DNA of 35,163 nt, taken from the NCBI GenBank assembly GCA_964584545.1, contig CAZPAG010000001.1, forward strand, positions 29,762-64,924, written 5' to 3'. The notes below the pieces were generated by a model. That model was not told the origin of the DNA and did not search any database. It saw nothing but the letters and a program-made list of their open reading frames with translations. This DNA comes from an uncultured Candidatus Saccharibacteria bacterium. GTDB taxonomy: Bacteria > Patescibacteriota > Minisyncoccia > Minisyncoccales > CAZPAG01. The position numbers and the translations under genes are program-made. Below, piece after piece: positions 8,551 to 17,261 of this stretch (its first letter is position 1; each line of letters opens with the position of its first letter).

Positions 8551-9054
8551 TCAATCAACTAAAAACTCTTTGACTGTTTTGCTGACGAACCCGGCATCCG
8601 CCCTGCCTTTAACCTTCGGCATCAACTCAGACATTACTTTACCCATATCTTTAAATCCTTTAGCTCCCGTCTTTTCAATAACCTCTCTGACTATTTTACC
8701 GACATCTTCTTCTGAAAGCTGCTCAGGAAGATATTTCTGTAAGATTTCCAACTCTTGCTTTTCTTTTTGGGCCTGTTCCTCTCTTCCTCCCTTTTCAAAG
8801 CCAGAGATCGCCTCCCTCCTTTTTTTAATTTCAGAAGATACGACCTCAATTATCTCCTCATCGTTAAGCTGGCTTTTCTCTTCAAGATTTTTGACGGACA
8901 TATCCGGCTCGGCCTTCCATATCTTTGTCCTTTTTTCGGTCGCCCTGCTACCCATAGCCGAAATCAGCATCCTTAGAGAAGATACTTCAATCTCTTTTTG
9001 GGCTATTAAAGCTTCCTTCAAATCTCCTTTAATTTTAGCCTCTAGAGTAGCCAT
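8551..9054 (-). CDS. yqeY: GatB/YqeY domain protein
   Basis: KKRREAI..F.KGGR, E.EIL.KYLPEQLS, DMGKVM, KGRAD; follows rpsU. Confidence 0.9.
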   Translation of the reverse strand: MATLEAKIKGDLKEALIAQKEIEVSSLRMLISAMGSRATEKRTKIWKAEPDMSVKNLEEKSQLNDEEIIEVVSSEIKKRREAISGFEKGGREEQAQKEKQELEILQKYLPEQLSEEDVGKIVREVIEKTGAKGFKDMGKVMSELMPKVKGRADAGFVSKTVKEFLVD

Positions 9055-9069
9055 TGGATTGGGCTTTAT

Positions 9070-9294
9070 TTATCTTTTCTCTTTTATTCCCAGTTTTTTA
9101 ACCCTTTCGTATTCTTTCCTGGCCTGTACTCTTCTCAGAGCCCCCTTTTTCTTCGCTTCAGGAGACTTCTTTCTCAATTTAAACCTGGTCCTTCTCGCCC
9201 TGACCAAAATACCGCTCTCTTTGACCGCTTTGCCAAAACGCCTGATTAGGCTTTGAGAGGTTTCTCTCTCTTGTTTTTTTATTTCTAATGCCAT
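9070..9294 (-). CDS. rpsU: 30S ribosomal protein S21
   Basis: Basic 74-aa protein with E...SLIRRF.K.V..SGIL; rpsU-yqeY synteny. Confidence 0.8.
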   Translation of the reverse strand: MALEIKKQERETSQSLIRRFGKAVKESGILVRARRTRFKLRKKSPEAKKKGALRRVQARKEYERVKKLGIKEKR

Positions 9295-9347
9295 AACTTT
9301 AAAATTTTGTTAAAAATTTATAGGATCTCCGCCAAAAGCGGGAATTA

Positions 9348-9683
9348 TTACATCGGTAACTCTTTTCTCCCTAACAAATGCAGATGAAGATGACTTACCG
9401 TCTGACCGGCATCCTTCCCGACATTAATAATCAATCGGTATCCGGTTTGATCGACTTTTTGCTCTTTTGCTATTTTTTGAGCTGTTAAAAATAATTCTCC
9501 TACTAATTCCCTGTCTTTTTTTGCTAAATGATTAATGGATTCTATGTGTTTTTTGGGAATAATCAAAAGGTGCAAAGGGGCTACAGGGCTTATGTCGTTA
9601 AAAGCAATAAATTTATCGTCTTCATAAACCAAATCTGTTTTTATTTCCTTATTGATAATTTTACAAAAAATGCAGCCTACCAT
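9348..9683 (-). CDS. HIT family nucleotide-binding protein (HinT-like)
   Basis: CIFCKI, AF.DI.P.AP.HLLIIPK, AGQTV.HLHLHLLG. Confidence 0.93.
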   Translation of the reverse strand: MVGCIFCKIINKEIKTDLVYEDDKFIAFNDISPVAPLHLLIIPKKHIESINHLAKKDRELVGELFLTAQKIAKEQKVDQTGYRLIINVGKDAGQTVSHLHLHLLGRKELPM

Positions 9684-9693
9684 CAATTATTAT

Positions 9694-10977
9694 TTACTTT
9701 CCTATACGTTTTTCAATCTCTTTAACTACTTTATCTAATTTCGCTATCTCCTGAGAGCCTTTTATCATGTCCCTTATAATAATAGTGCCATCAAGAGCTT
9801 CCTTCTGCCCTAAAATTAAAGTATACCTCGCTCCCGTTTTATCAGCCATTCTCAGCTGGGCTTTTAGAGAGTCTCTGCCTAAAGATTCTCCTATCTGGAT
9901 ACCAGCCTCTTTAAATTCTTCTATCAATTTCAGACCCTTTCTTTTGGCCAAATCCCCCAGCTGAGCCAAGAAAACTTCTGTGGCCATGACTTTCGGAAAC
10001 TTTATGGACTTTTCTTTCATCAATAATACAACCCTCTCAACGCCGACAGACCCTCCTAAAGCCGGAGTATCCTTTCCCCCTAAGAGTTTTATCAACACAT
10101 CGTATCTCCCGCCGGCAGCCAGAGTTCCCAGAGCTCTCCCTTCTTGTGAATTATCAAAAATCTCAAACACTGTTTTAGTGTAATAATCCAGCCCTCTGAC
10201 CAAATAGGGATTCAGATGGTAAGGCAACTGTAATTCTTCCAGAAACTCCAAAACCTGCTTAAAATGGCGATGACATTCTTCACAAAGATGATTAATTATC
10301 TGAGGAGCCTCCGTTTTCACTCTCTGGCATTTTTCATCCTTACAATCCAAAATCCTTAAAGGATTTTCTCTCAATCTTCTCCGGCAATCAACGCACAAAG
10401 CATGCTCCCGAGATCTGAAATAGTTTACCAGGAGCTTTTTATAGTACGGCCTGCACTGGCTGTCTCCGATGCTGTTTACTTCAACTATAAGATTTTTTAA
10501 TTTAAGATCTTTTAAAATGTTATAAAAAAGCTGTATCACCTGGCTGTCTGCCACCGCACTTTTCTCCCCCAAAAATTCGAAATTAGCCTGGTGAAACTGC
10601 CTGTATCTCCCAGCCTGAGGGCTTTCGTAACGGAAAACCGGCCCCACGGAGTAAAGTTTCACCGGCTGAGGCATGTTGTGCATACCGTGTTCGATATAGG
10701 CTCTGGCGATACCAGGAGTAAACTCCGGCCTCAAAGTGAGTAAATCCCCTCCTTTTGTTTTCAAATTATACATCTGTTTTTGGACGATATCTGTAGAAAA
10801 TCCTGTACCCTTAGCAAAAAGATCCGTATCTTCAACGATAGGAGTTTCTATCTTCTTGAATCCATAAAATCCTGCCACTTTCTCGGAAACATCGTAAACC
10901 TTCTGGAAATATTTGTATTCTTCGGGCAAAATATCGTGCATTCCCGAAGGGGATTGAAATTTAAGCTTTTTAACCAT
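9694..10977 (-). CDS. hisS: Histidyl-tRNA synthetase
   Basis: P.GM.D, LRPEFT, FRYE.PQAGRYRQFHQ, LVRGLDYY, GGRYD; start re-assigned to MVKK at 10977. Confidence 0.96.
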   Translation of the reverse strand: MVKKLKFQSPSGMHDILPEEYKYFQKVYDVSEKVAGFYGFKKIETPIVEDTDLFAKGTGFSTDIVQKQMYNLKTKGGDLLTLRPEFTPGIARAYIEHGMHNMPQPVKLYSVGPVFRYESPQAGRYRQFHQANFEFLGEKSAVADSQVIQLFYNILKDLKLKNLIVEVNSIGDSQCRPYYKKLLVNYFRSREHALCVDCRRRLRENPLRILDCKDEKCQRVKTEAPQIINHLCEECHRHFKQVLEFLEELQLPYHLNPYLVRGLDYYTKTVFEIFDNSQEGRALGTLAAGGRYDVLIKLLGGKDTPALGGSVGVERVVLLMKEKSIKFPKVMATEVFLAQLGDLAKRKGLKLIEEFKEAGIQIGESLGRDSLKAQLRMADKTGARYTLILGQKEALDGTIIIRDMIKGSQEIAKLDKVVKEIEKRIGK

Positions 10978-10979
10978 AA

Positions 10980-11522
10980 TTAATAACTGGGTGACTCTAT
11001 TTTTGTAAAATCTGTGAAAGGCCAAGCCCTGACCGCCACTTTGCCGATAATATCCTTCCCGGGCAGGATGCCCCAACTCCTGGAATCAAAAGAAGAGGGC
11101 CTATTATCTCCCAAAACAAAATACTCCTCTTCTGCCAAAGTTGTAATGATGTCCCCGGGAGTCTCAACTCCAGACAGATAAAGCGACTCGTCCAAGACCT
11201 TCTCTCCTTCGCTATTTGTAATGGCTACATTTCCATTCTTGACTTCAACCGTTTCTCCCGGCAAACCGATGACCCTTTTTATATAGCGCTGACTGACGTC
11301 GTTGGGATACCTAAAAACGACAACATCTCCCCTCTGAGGGTCTCCCAACCTGTAAGACAATTCATCAATAATCAGATAATCCCCGTTTTCAAAACTCGGC
11401 TCCATTGACTGCCCTTTGACAAAAAACGGCTGGAATAAAAAATACCTGATCGGAATGACTATTATCAGGGCTATAAGGAATATTTTTAAAATCTCCCACA
11501 GAGAGAGTAAAAAGCCTTTCAT
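10980..11522 (-). CDS. lepB: Signal peptidase I
   Basis: TM helix, G.SMEP, YIKRVIGLPGE, YFVLGDNR..S.DSR; start re-assigned to MKGF at 11522. Confidence 0.94.
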   Translation of the reverse strand: MKGFLLSLWEILKIFLIALIIVIPIRYFLFQPFFVKGQSMEPSFENGDYLIIDELSYRLGDPQRGDVVVFRYPNDVSQRYIKRVIGLPGETVEVKNGNVAITNSEGEKVLDESLYLSGVETPGDIITTLAEEEYFVLGDNRPSSFDSRSWGILPGKDIIGKVAVRAWPFTDFTKIESPSY

Positions 11523-11567
11523 ATATATGACTCTATATATTGTACTATTTTTCATTTCAAAATCAAG

Positions 11568-11576
11568 TGGTAGAAT
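11568..11576 (+). promoter_or_regulatory. Extended -10 (TGgTAGAAT) 6 nt before the pth ATG (leaderless type)
   Basis: tggtagaat-aggaga-atg. Confidence 0.55.
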
Positions 11577-11582
11577 AGGAGA

Positions 11583-12149
11583 ATGAAACTGATAATAGGG
11601 CTGGGGAATCCGGGTGAAAGATATAAAAACACCCGCCATAACGTAGGATTCAGGGCGGTTGACTTCTTCCAAAAAGAAAACAGCTTCCCGAATTTTGTAT
11701 TTTCCAAAAAATTCAACGCTGACGTCTCAGAGGGAACGATAAACGGCGAGAAAGTGATCTTGGCTAAGCCACAAACCTTTATGAATAACTCCGGTAAAAG
11801 CGTTAAACTTTTTGCCTCTCATTATAAACTCTCCCCTGCCAGCCTATTCATCATACACGACGACATAGATCTGCTTTCGGGAAAAATAAAGATTTCTATT
11901 GACCGTGGGACAGCTGGCCATAAAGGCGTAGATTCGATAATCAGAAATCTAAAAACAAAAAAATTTATTAGATTTAGGATCGGAATTCAGCCCAATTCTA
12001 ACAAGCCAAAGAATACTGAGAAATTCGTTATTCAAAAATTTAATAAAAAAGAGGAAACCTTTCTGAAAGAGACAGTAAAAAAAACCGCCGAAGCGGTCAA
12101 ATTGGCCTTAGAAGAAGGACTGGAAAAAGCAATGAGCGAATATAATTAA
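11583..12149 (+). CDS. pth: Peptidyl-tRNA hydrolase
   Basis: LIIGLGNPG..Y..TRHNVG, KPQTFMN.SG, HDD, GHKG, RIGI. Confidence 0.97.
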   Translation: MKLIIGLGNPGERYKNTRHNVGFRAVDFFQKENSFPNFVFSKKFNADVSEGTINGEKVILAKPQTFMNNSGKSVKLFASHYKLSPASLFIIHDDIDLLSGKIKISIDRGTAGHKGVDSIIRNLKTKKFIRFRIGIQPNSNKPKNTEKFVIQKFNKKEETFLKETVKKTAEAVKLALEEGLEKAMSEYN

Positions 12150-12150
12150 A

Positions 12151-12190
12151 TAAAAAATCGGGAAAGTGATTTTTATTATCACGATCCCGA
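12151..12190 (-). terminator. Intrinsic terminator-like hairpin between the convergent pth and GGDEF genes
   Basis: TCGGGA..GTGAT/ATCAC..TCCCGA stem followed by a T tract on the minus strand. Confidence 0.6.
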
Positions 12191-12197
12191 ATATTGA

Positions 12198-12770
12198 CTA
12201 TTTTTTCCTTAAAATCCCTTTTGCCTTCTTCTCTTTATACATAGACGCATCCGCTTCCTCAATCAAGTCATTTATTATAGAATCATGATTTAACGACCCG
12301 TCTTGCCAAGAGGCAATGCCACAACTCACTTCAAGAAGTGACCCTTCCTTTCTACAGGACATCTTGATCCGGTCAACCACCTTCAAAGCCGTTTCTTCGC
12401 CGATATTAGGAAGCAACAACAAGAATTCATCCCCTCCCAACCTGAAGACATAGTCACCTTTCCTGCAAATACTCTTTAAAACGGCTGCCAATTCCTGGAG
12501 AACTTTATCTCCCTTTGAATGACCATGTGTGTCGTTTATTTCCCAAAGTCCGTCAATGTCTATTACGACGATAGAAAAAGGAGAATGGTCTCTCTCTGCC
12601 CGATTAATTTCCCTCTTGCAGAGATCCTCAAGAGGCCAACGGTTATAAACTCCAGTAAACGGATCGCTTAAGGCTTTCTCGCTCAGATCTATTATGTTTT
12701 TGGGCCCAAGACGATAAACAATTATGAATGCTCTGACAAGCCGAACTACTGAATCTAATATCTTTTTCAA
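12198..12770 (-). CDS. Stand-alone GGDEF-domain protein (putative diguanylate cyclase)
   Basis: D..TG.YNR, DID....IND..GH..GD, RxxD I-site (RKGD), RLGGDEF, AD..MY..K; TTG start preceded by AAAGAGGT. Confidence 0.9.
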   Translation of the reverse strand: MKKILDSVVRLVRAFIIVYRLGPKNIIDLSEKALSDPFTGVYNRWPLEDLCKREINRAERDHSPFSIVVIDIDGLWEINDTHGHSKGDKVLQELAAVLKSICRKGDYVFRLGGDEFLLLLPNIGEETALKVVDRIKMSCRKEGSLLEVSCGIASWQDGSLNHDSIINDLIEEADASMYKEKKAKGILRKK

Positions 12771-12805
12771 AATCTACCTCTTTCGTTTTTAAGTTATTAA
12801 GAGCA

Positions 12806-12981
12806 AATTTTTACTCTCCAGTCTACCTGCGAGCCCCATCATAAAAATACATAAAGCACTTTATTATAGGCGAAGGCTCTAAGCGTTAAGGAGGGATTGC
12901 TTAGAAATCCATCCCCCATATTAAATAATAAATTATTTAAAAGGGTTAAGCCACTCGCAGATAGGCTGGAAAGCGAAAATT
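12806..12981 (-). other. 176-bp element bounded by 28-bp inverted repeats in the GGDEF leader (structured RNA or MITE-like)
   Basis: Arms 12806-12833 and 12954-12981: 23/28 Watson-Crick pairs, no indels. Confidence 0.65.
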
Positions 12982-13031
12982 GACCTTTGAAGATATCTCC
13001 TATATTATACCAAAATAGATGAATTTGTCAA
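12980..13031. promoter_or_regulatory. Overlapping divergent sigma70 promoters: minus TTGACA-N16-TATAAT with extended TG; plus TTGACC-N17-TATTAT
   Basis: Minus -35 at 13026-13031 and -10 at 13004-13009; plus -35 at 12980-12985 and -10 at 13003-13008. Confidence 0.6.
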
Positions 13032-14995
13032 GGATTAGCACCGATAGAGTCTTAATCGTAAGTATCACCCCCTACTTTCTGGAAAAGGGGAATTTTTGGT
13101 TTGAAGAAAATCTTAACAAAATACTGAAGGCCAGAAAAACCCAGGTTTTTTTCGGAGATAATACTCTGTTTTTGGAGAAGGACCAAAAAAATAATCTGTC
13201 TGAAACCCTCAGAAAATTGGACGAAATGGGCTATGAAAAAGTTATGGGGGTATCAGAGCCCGGTGAATTCTCCCAAAGAGGGGGTATTATTGACGTTTTC
13301 CCGATTAACCTAAGCTACGCCGTCCGCTTTGAGTTCTTGGGCAATAAGATTGAAAATATAGAGAAACTACCAGTTGAGATAAAAGACGAAAAATCGGTAA
13401 AGGACTTTTTAAAAAAGAAACTAAAATCGCAAAAAGTATTCTCTGATTTGAAGAGGATAAAATCGGGAGATTACCTGGTCCACTTAGATCACGGAATAGG
13501 AACATATGAAGGTCCGGCTACAATCAACGACCATCAATACTATCAGATACAATATATGGCCGGGGACAAACTGTATGTCCCCTTCGGTCTAGAAAGAAAA
13601 TTATCAAGATACATCGGTTTTGTCGATCCTAAAATATCTAGACTGGGTTCTACTCTCTGGCAAAAAACAAAGAGAAAGATAAAAGAAGAAGCTGAAAAAC
13701 TAGCCAAAGAACTTTTAGAAATTTATGCCAGAAGAAAGATAAGCGACAGGCCCCCTTATTTAAGCGACGAAGAGATACAAAAAGAGCTGACCGAAACTTT
13801 TGAATATCTGGAAACTCCGGACCAATCCCAGGCCATAGAGGATATAAAAAAAGATATGGAGAATCAGGAGCCGATGGACAGGATTGTTTGCGGAGACGTA
13901 GGATTCGGAAAAACAGAGGTTGCTTTAAGAGCAATAATAAAAGCAGCTGCTTCCGGAAAGCAGGCAGCTCTTTTATGTCCGACGACAATACTGGCCAACC
14001 AGCATTTTCAAAATTTCAAAGAAAGGCTGAAAACTTTACCTATAATGATCTCTATGCTTTCCAGATTCCAGACTAAAAAAGAACAAATTAAGATTATTGA
14101 AGAGTTGAAAACCAATAAAATTGACGTACTGATCGGAACCCACCGCATCCTGTCAAAAGACGTTGAGTTTAGAGACTTAGGGTTGTTGGTGATTGATGAC
14201 GAGCAAAGGTTCGGAGTAAAACAAAAAGAGAAATTTAAAAAGATAAGAGCTTCCCTTGATGTCTTGTCTCTTTCGGCTACTCCTATCCCTAGGACTCTAT
14301 ATATGGCTCTTTCTTCTTTGAAAAAAATAAGCCTGATCCATACCCCGCCCGAAGGCAGGTTGCCGATTAAAACTTTTGTTTTACCTTTCAAGCCAGAAGT
14401 GATAAAAGAATCAATTAAAGACGAGATTAAAAGAGGAGGCCAGGTTTATTTCCTCTATAACCGCGTTGAAACAATTGAAAAAGCCAAAGAATTTCTTCAA
14501 GGATTAATGCCAAAGGCCAGATACGGCATCGCCCACGGAAGACTTAAGGAAAAAGAATTAATAAAAGTGATGACTGATTTCCAAAACAAAAAAATAGATG
14601 TTTTAGTCGCTACGACCATTATTGAAAGCGGTTTAGATCTGCCTAACGTAAACACTTTAATAGTGGCTGATGCCACCAAATTGGGATTATCCCAAGCTTA
14701 TCAAATAAGGGGGAGAATCGGCAGATCTGACACTCAGGCTTTTTCCTATTTCCTCTATCCTAAAAGGTTGTCCATATTGGCTAAAAAAAGATTGAATGCC
14801 CTAAAGGAAGCCGAGGAATTGGGCTCCGGCTATAAGATCGCGCTTAAGGATTTAGAAATACGGGGAGCGGGAAATATATTAGGCAAAGAGCAGTCAGGGA
14901 ATATAAACCAAGTCGGCCTGAACCTGTATTGCCAAATATTATCTGAAGCGATAGAAAAATTAAATCGTAGTGGAAATTTTGGCTTATCAAATTAA
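13019..14995 (+). CDS. mfd: Transcription-repair coupling factor Mfd, shortened form
   Basis: GEFS.RGGIIDVFP (UvrB-like D2), GDYLVH.DHGIG (RID), CGDVGFGKT, SATPIPRTL, QIRGRIGR, DLEIRGAGN.LG.EQSG (TRG). Confidence 0.9.
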   Translation: MNLSRISTDRVLIVSITPYFLEKGNFWFEENLNKILKARKTQVFFGDNTLFLEKDQKNNLSETLRKLDEMGYEKVMGVSEPGEFSQRGGIIDVFPINLSYAVRFEFLGNKIENIEKLPVEIKDEKSVKDFLKKKLKSQKVFSDLKRIKSGDYLVHLDHGIGTYEGPATINDHQYYQIQYMAGDKLYVPFGLERKLSRYIGFVDPKISRLGSTLWQKTKRKIKEEAEKLAKELLEIYARRKISDRPPYLSDEEIQKELTETFEYLETPDQSQAIEDIKKDMENQEPMDRIVCGDVGFGKTEVALRAIIKAAASGKQAALLCPTTILANQHFQNFKERLKTLPIMISMLSRFQTKKEQIKIIEELKTNKIDVLIGTHRILSKDVEFRDLGLLVIDDEQRFGVKQKEKFKKIRASLDVLSLSATPIPRTLYMALSSLKKISLIHTPPEGRLPIKTFVLPFKPEVIKESIKDEIKRGGQVYFLYNRVETIEKAKEFLQGLMPKARYGIAHGRLKEKELIKVMTDFQNKKIDVLVATTIIESGLDLPNVNTLIVADATKLGLSQAYQIRGRIGRSDTQAFSYFLYPKRLSILAKKRLNALKEAEELGSGYKIALKDLEIRGAGNILGKEQSGNINQVGLNLYCQILSEAIEKLNRSGNFGLSN

Positions 14996-15075
14996 ATCTG
15001 ATATAACAAATTAAAAATTTGGTATGTCAGATAAAAATCTGATATAGTTGAATAATTGTCTAACAACAGAAAAAT

Positions 15076-17148
15076 ATGAAACTTGTTATTGTCGAATCGC
15101 CGACAAAATCAAAAACCCTGCAGGGATTTCTTGGAAAAGACTATAAAGTTTTGTCATCCTATGGACATGTCAGAGACTTACCAAAAAGCAAGCTCGGTGT
15201 TGACATAGAAAACGATTTTGAGCCGCAATATATTATTCCGAAAAAGGCAAAAGAAAATATTAAATCCCTATTAGAAACAGCAAAAAAAGCCAAAACTACA
15301 ATTCTGGCAACTGACGAGGACCGGGAAGGAGAGGCAATCTCCTGGCATTTAGTCCAGGCTTTAAAATTGGGAGAGAAAGACAATTATCAAAGAATTGTTT
15401 TTCATGAAATTACAAAGCCGGCCGTAATGGAGGCTATTAAAAACCCGAGGGAAATCAATCTAAATTTAGTCAACGCACAGCAGGCAAGAAGAGTTTTAGA
15501 CAGGATTGTGGGATACAAGCTATCCCCATTCCTATGGAAAAAAGTTGCCAGAGGATTATCAGCGGGCAGAGTACAATCTGTGGCCGTAAGATTGGTCGTG
15601 GACAGGGAGAGAGAAATCCAAAAATTCGTTCCCCAGGAATACTGGACAGTCGCAGTAAAATTAATGAAAAAAGCCGACAAAGAATCAGCCGGGTTTGAAG
15701 CAGGCCTGATAAAAAAGGATGGAAAACTTATCGATAAGCTTGAAATTAAAAATGAAGCTGAAGCAAAAAAAATTGTCAAAGAGCTGGAAGGATCAGAATA
15801 CAAGGTTCTTAGTATTGATAAAAAAGAATTAAAAAGGAATCCCCTGCCGCCCTTCACCACTTCGACACTGCAGCAGGAGGCTTGGAAAAAATTTCACTTC
15901 TCGGCAAAAATGACAATGAGAATAGCCCAACAGCTGTATGAAAGAGGGTTCATTACTTATCACAGAACCGACTCTCTAAATCTAAGCGAATTGTCTCTTT
16001 TTGCAGCAAAAAAATTCATTATTGAAAAATTCGGGGAAAACTATTGGGTAGGATTTTTAAGGAGATATAAGACAAAAACAAAAGGAGCCCAGGAAGCCCA
16101 CGAAGCAATAAGGCCTGCTTACGCAGATAAAGAGCCCTCTTTATTAACAAAAGAAAAACTGGACCAGCATCAACTGAAGCTGTACGAATTAATCTGGAAA
16201 AGATTTATAGCTTGCCAGATGAAAGAAGGGGTTTTTGACGCCACCTCTATTGATATTGAAGCTAAAAATTACATTTTTAGAGCTAACGGACAGATACTGA
16301 AATTCGACGGATTCTTAAAAGTTTATCCGATGAAATATGAGGAGCTGGGGCTACCTGAGCTCAAACCGGATGAGCTTTTGAAATTTATTGAATTAATTAC
16401 TTCCCAACATTTTACCCAGCCACCGGCCAGATACACCGAAGCCAGTCTCATTAAGGTTCTGGAAGAAGCCGGAGTTGGAAGGCCGTCAACTTATGCGCCT
16501 ACTCTCTCCACCGTTCAAGAAAGAAACTACATTGAGAAAGACGAAAATAGAAGATTCAGGCCGACAGAAATAGGGCTAGTAGTGAACGACCTTCTGGTTT
16601 CACACTTTCCAGAAATTGTTGATATTAAATTCACTGCCGGGATGGAAGAGAATCTCGATAAAATCGCAGAAGGCGAAAGAAAATGGGTCCCCGTAATCAA
16701 AGATTTTTATAAACCCTTTGAGGAAAATCTTAAGAAAAAATACGGAGAAGTCTCCAAAAGCGACATTACGGAAAAACCGACAGAGAAAACCTGCCCTAAA
16801 TGCGGCTCTCCTCTATTGATAAGAATCGGCAAGTACGGAGAATTCTACGCCTGCTCAAAATTCCCCGAGTGCAGATACACCGAGTCTTTAGAAAAAAACC
16901 ACCTGGGAGTGAAATGCCCCAAGTGCCTGTCTGCCGACAGGCAGGACAAAAAAGGAGATATTGTCCAAAAGAGGACTAAGAAAAGAAAGATTTTCTACGG
17001 CTGTTCAAATTGGCCAAAATGCGATTTCGCCCTCTGGGATAAACCGACAGGCAAAACCTGTCCGAAATGCAAATCTTTGTTGATAAAAACAAAGAGGGGT
17101 CAGGTAAAGTGTTCCAATAAGGACTGCCGTTATAAAGTTGAAAAATAA
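15076..17148 (+). CDS. topA: DNA topoisomerase I with three C-terminal zinc-ribbon-type repeats
   Basis: LVIVESP.K, ATD.DREGE, SAGRVQS, ITYHRTDS, AQEAHEAIRP, GRPSTY, repeated CPKC. Confidence 0.97.
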   Translation: MKLVIVESPTKSKTLQGFLGKDYKVLSSYGHVRDLPKSKLGVDIENDFEPQYIIPKKAKENIKSLLETAKKAKTTILATDEDREGEAISWHLVQALKLGEKDNYQRIVFHEITKPAVMEAIKNPREINLNLVNAQQARRVLDRIVGYKLSPFLWKKVARGLSAGRVQSVAVRLVVDREREIQKFVPQEYWTVAVKLMKKADKESAGFEAGLIKKDGKLIDKLEIKNEAEAKKIVKELEGSEYKVLSIDKKELKRNPLPPFTTSTLQQEAWKKFHFSAKMTMRIAQQLYERGFITYHRTDSLNLSELSLFAAKKFIIEKFGENYWVGFLRRYKTKTKGAQEAHEAIRPAYADKEPSLLTKEKLDQHQLKLYELIWKRFIACQMKEGVFDATSIDIEAKNYIFRANGQILKFDGFLKVYPMKYEELGLPELKPDELLKFIELITSQHFTQPPARYTEASLIKVLEEAGVGRPSTYAPTLSTVQERNYIEKDENRRFRPTEIGLVVNDLLVSHFPEIVDIKFTAGMEENLDKIAEGERKWVPVIKDFYKPFEENLKKKYGEVSKSDITEKPTEKTCPKCGSPLLIRIGKYGEFYACSKFPECRYTESLEKNHLGVKCPKCLSADRQDKKGDIVQKRTKKRKIFYGCSNWPKCDFALWDKPTGKTCPKCKSLLIKTKRGQVKCSNKDCRYKVEK
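16924..16945. repeat. Short palindrome (TGCCTGTCTGCCGACAGGCAGG) inside topA
   Basis: Perfect 8-bp stem TGCCTGTC/GACAGGCA; encodes CLSADRQ in a zinc-ribbon loop. Confidence 0.6.
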
Positions 17149-17166
17149 GGTAAACTTTACTAAAAT
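17138..17166 (+). promoter_or_regulatory. Sigma70 promoter for tRNA-Leu (TTGAAA-N17-TAAAAT)
   Basis: -35 at 17138-17143, -10 at 17161-17166, 9 nt before the tRNA. Confidence 0.55.
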
Positions 17167-17175
17167 AGACCCTGA

Positions 17176-17259
17176 GCCTGGGTGGTGGAACTGGTATACA
17201 CGTGGGTCTCAAAAACCCATGAGCGCAAGCTCTTGAGGGTTCGACTCCCTCCCCAGGCA
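17176..17259 (+). tRNA. tRNA-Leu(CAA), CCA not encoded
   Basis: Acceptor GCCTGGG/CCCAGGC+A, D-loop TGG, anticodon arm TGGGT-CTCAAAA-ACCCA, long variable arm GAGC-GCAA-GCTC, T-arm GAGGG-TTCGACT-CCCTC. Confidence 0.97.
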
Positions 17260-17261
17260 CT

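Noticed and set aside
8570-9256. Long antisense ORFs (228 aa here; also 5920-6462, 15402-15860, 19598-20335 and many shorter ones)
   Set aside because: They are shadows of well-supported genes on the opposite strand, with Ser/Leu/Phe-rich composition and no motifs.
10978-11672. Extended N-termini given by the ORF track for hisS and lepB (also ftsZ, yvcK, glmS, comEC)
   Set aside because: They overlap neighbouring genes; downstream ATGs match the family N-termini, for example GlmS needs Cys directly after the initiator Met.
12771-13000. c-di-GMP-I (GEMM) riboswitch upstream of the GGDEF gene
   Set aside because: No GGCAAAC..GAAA..GACGCAAAG-type core or tetraloop/receptor pair could be found.
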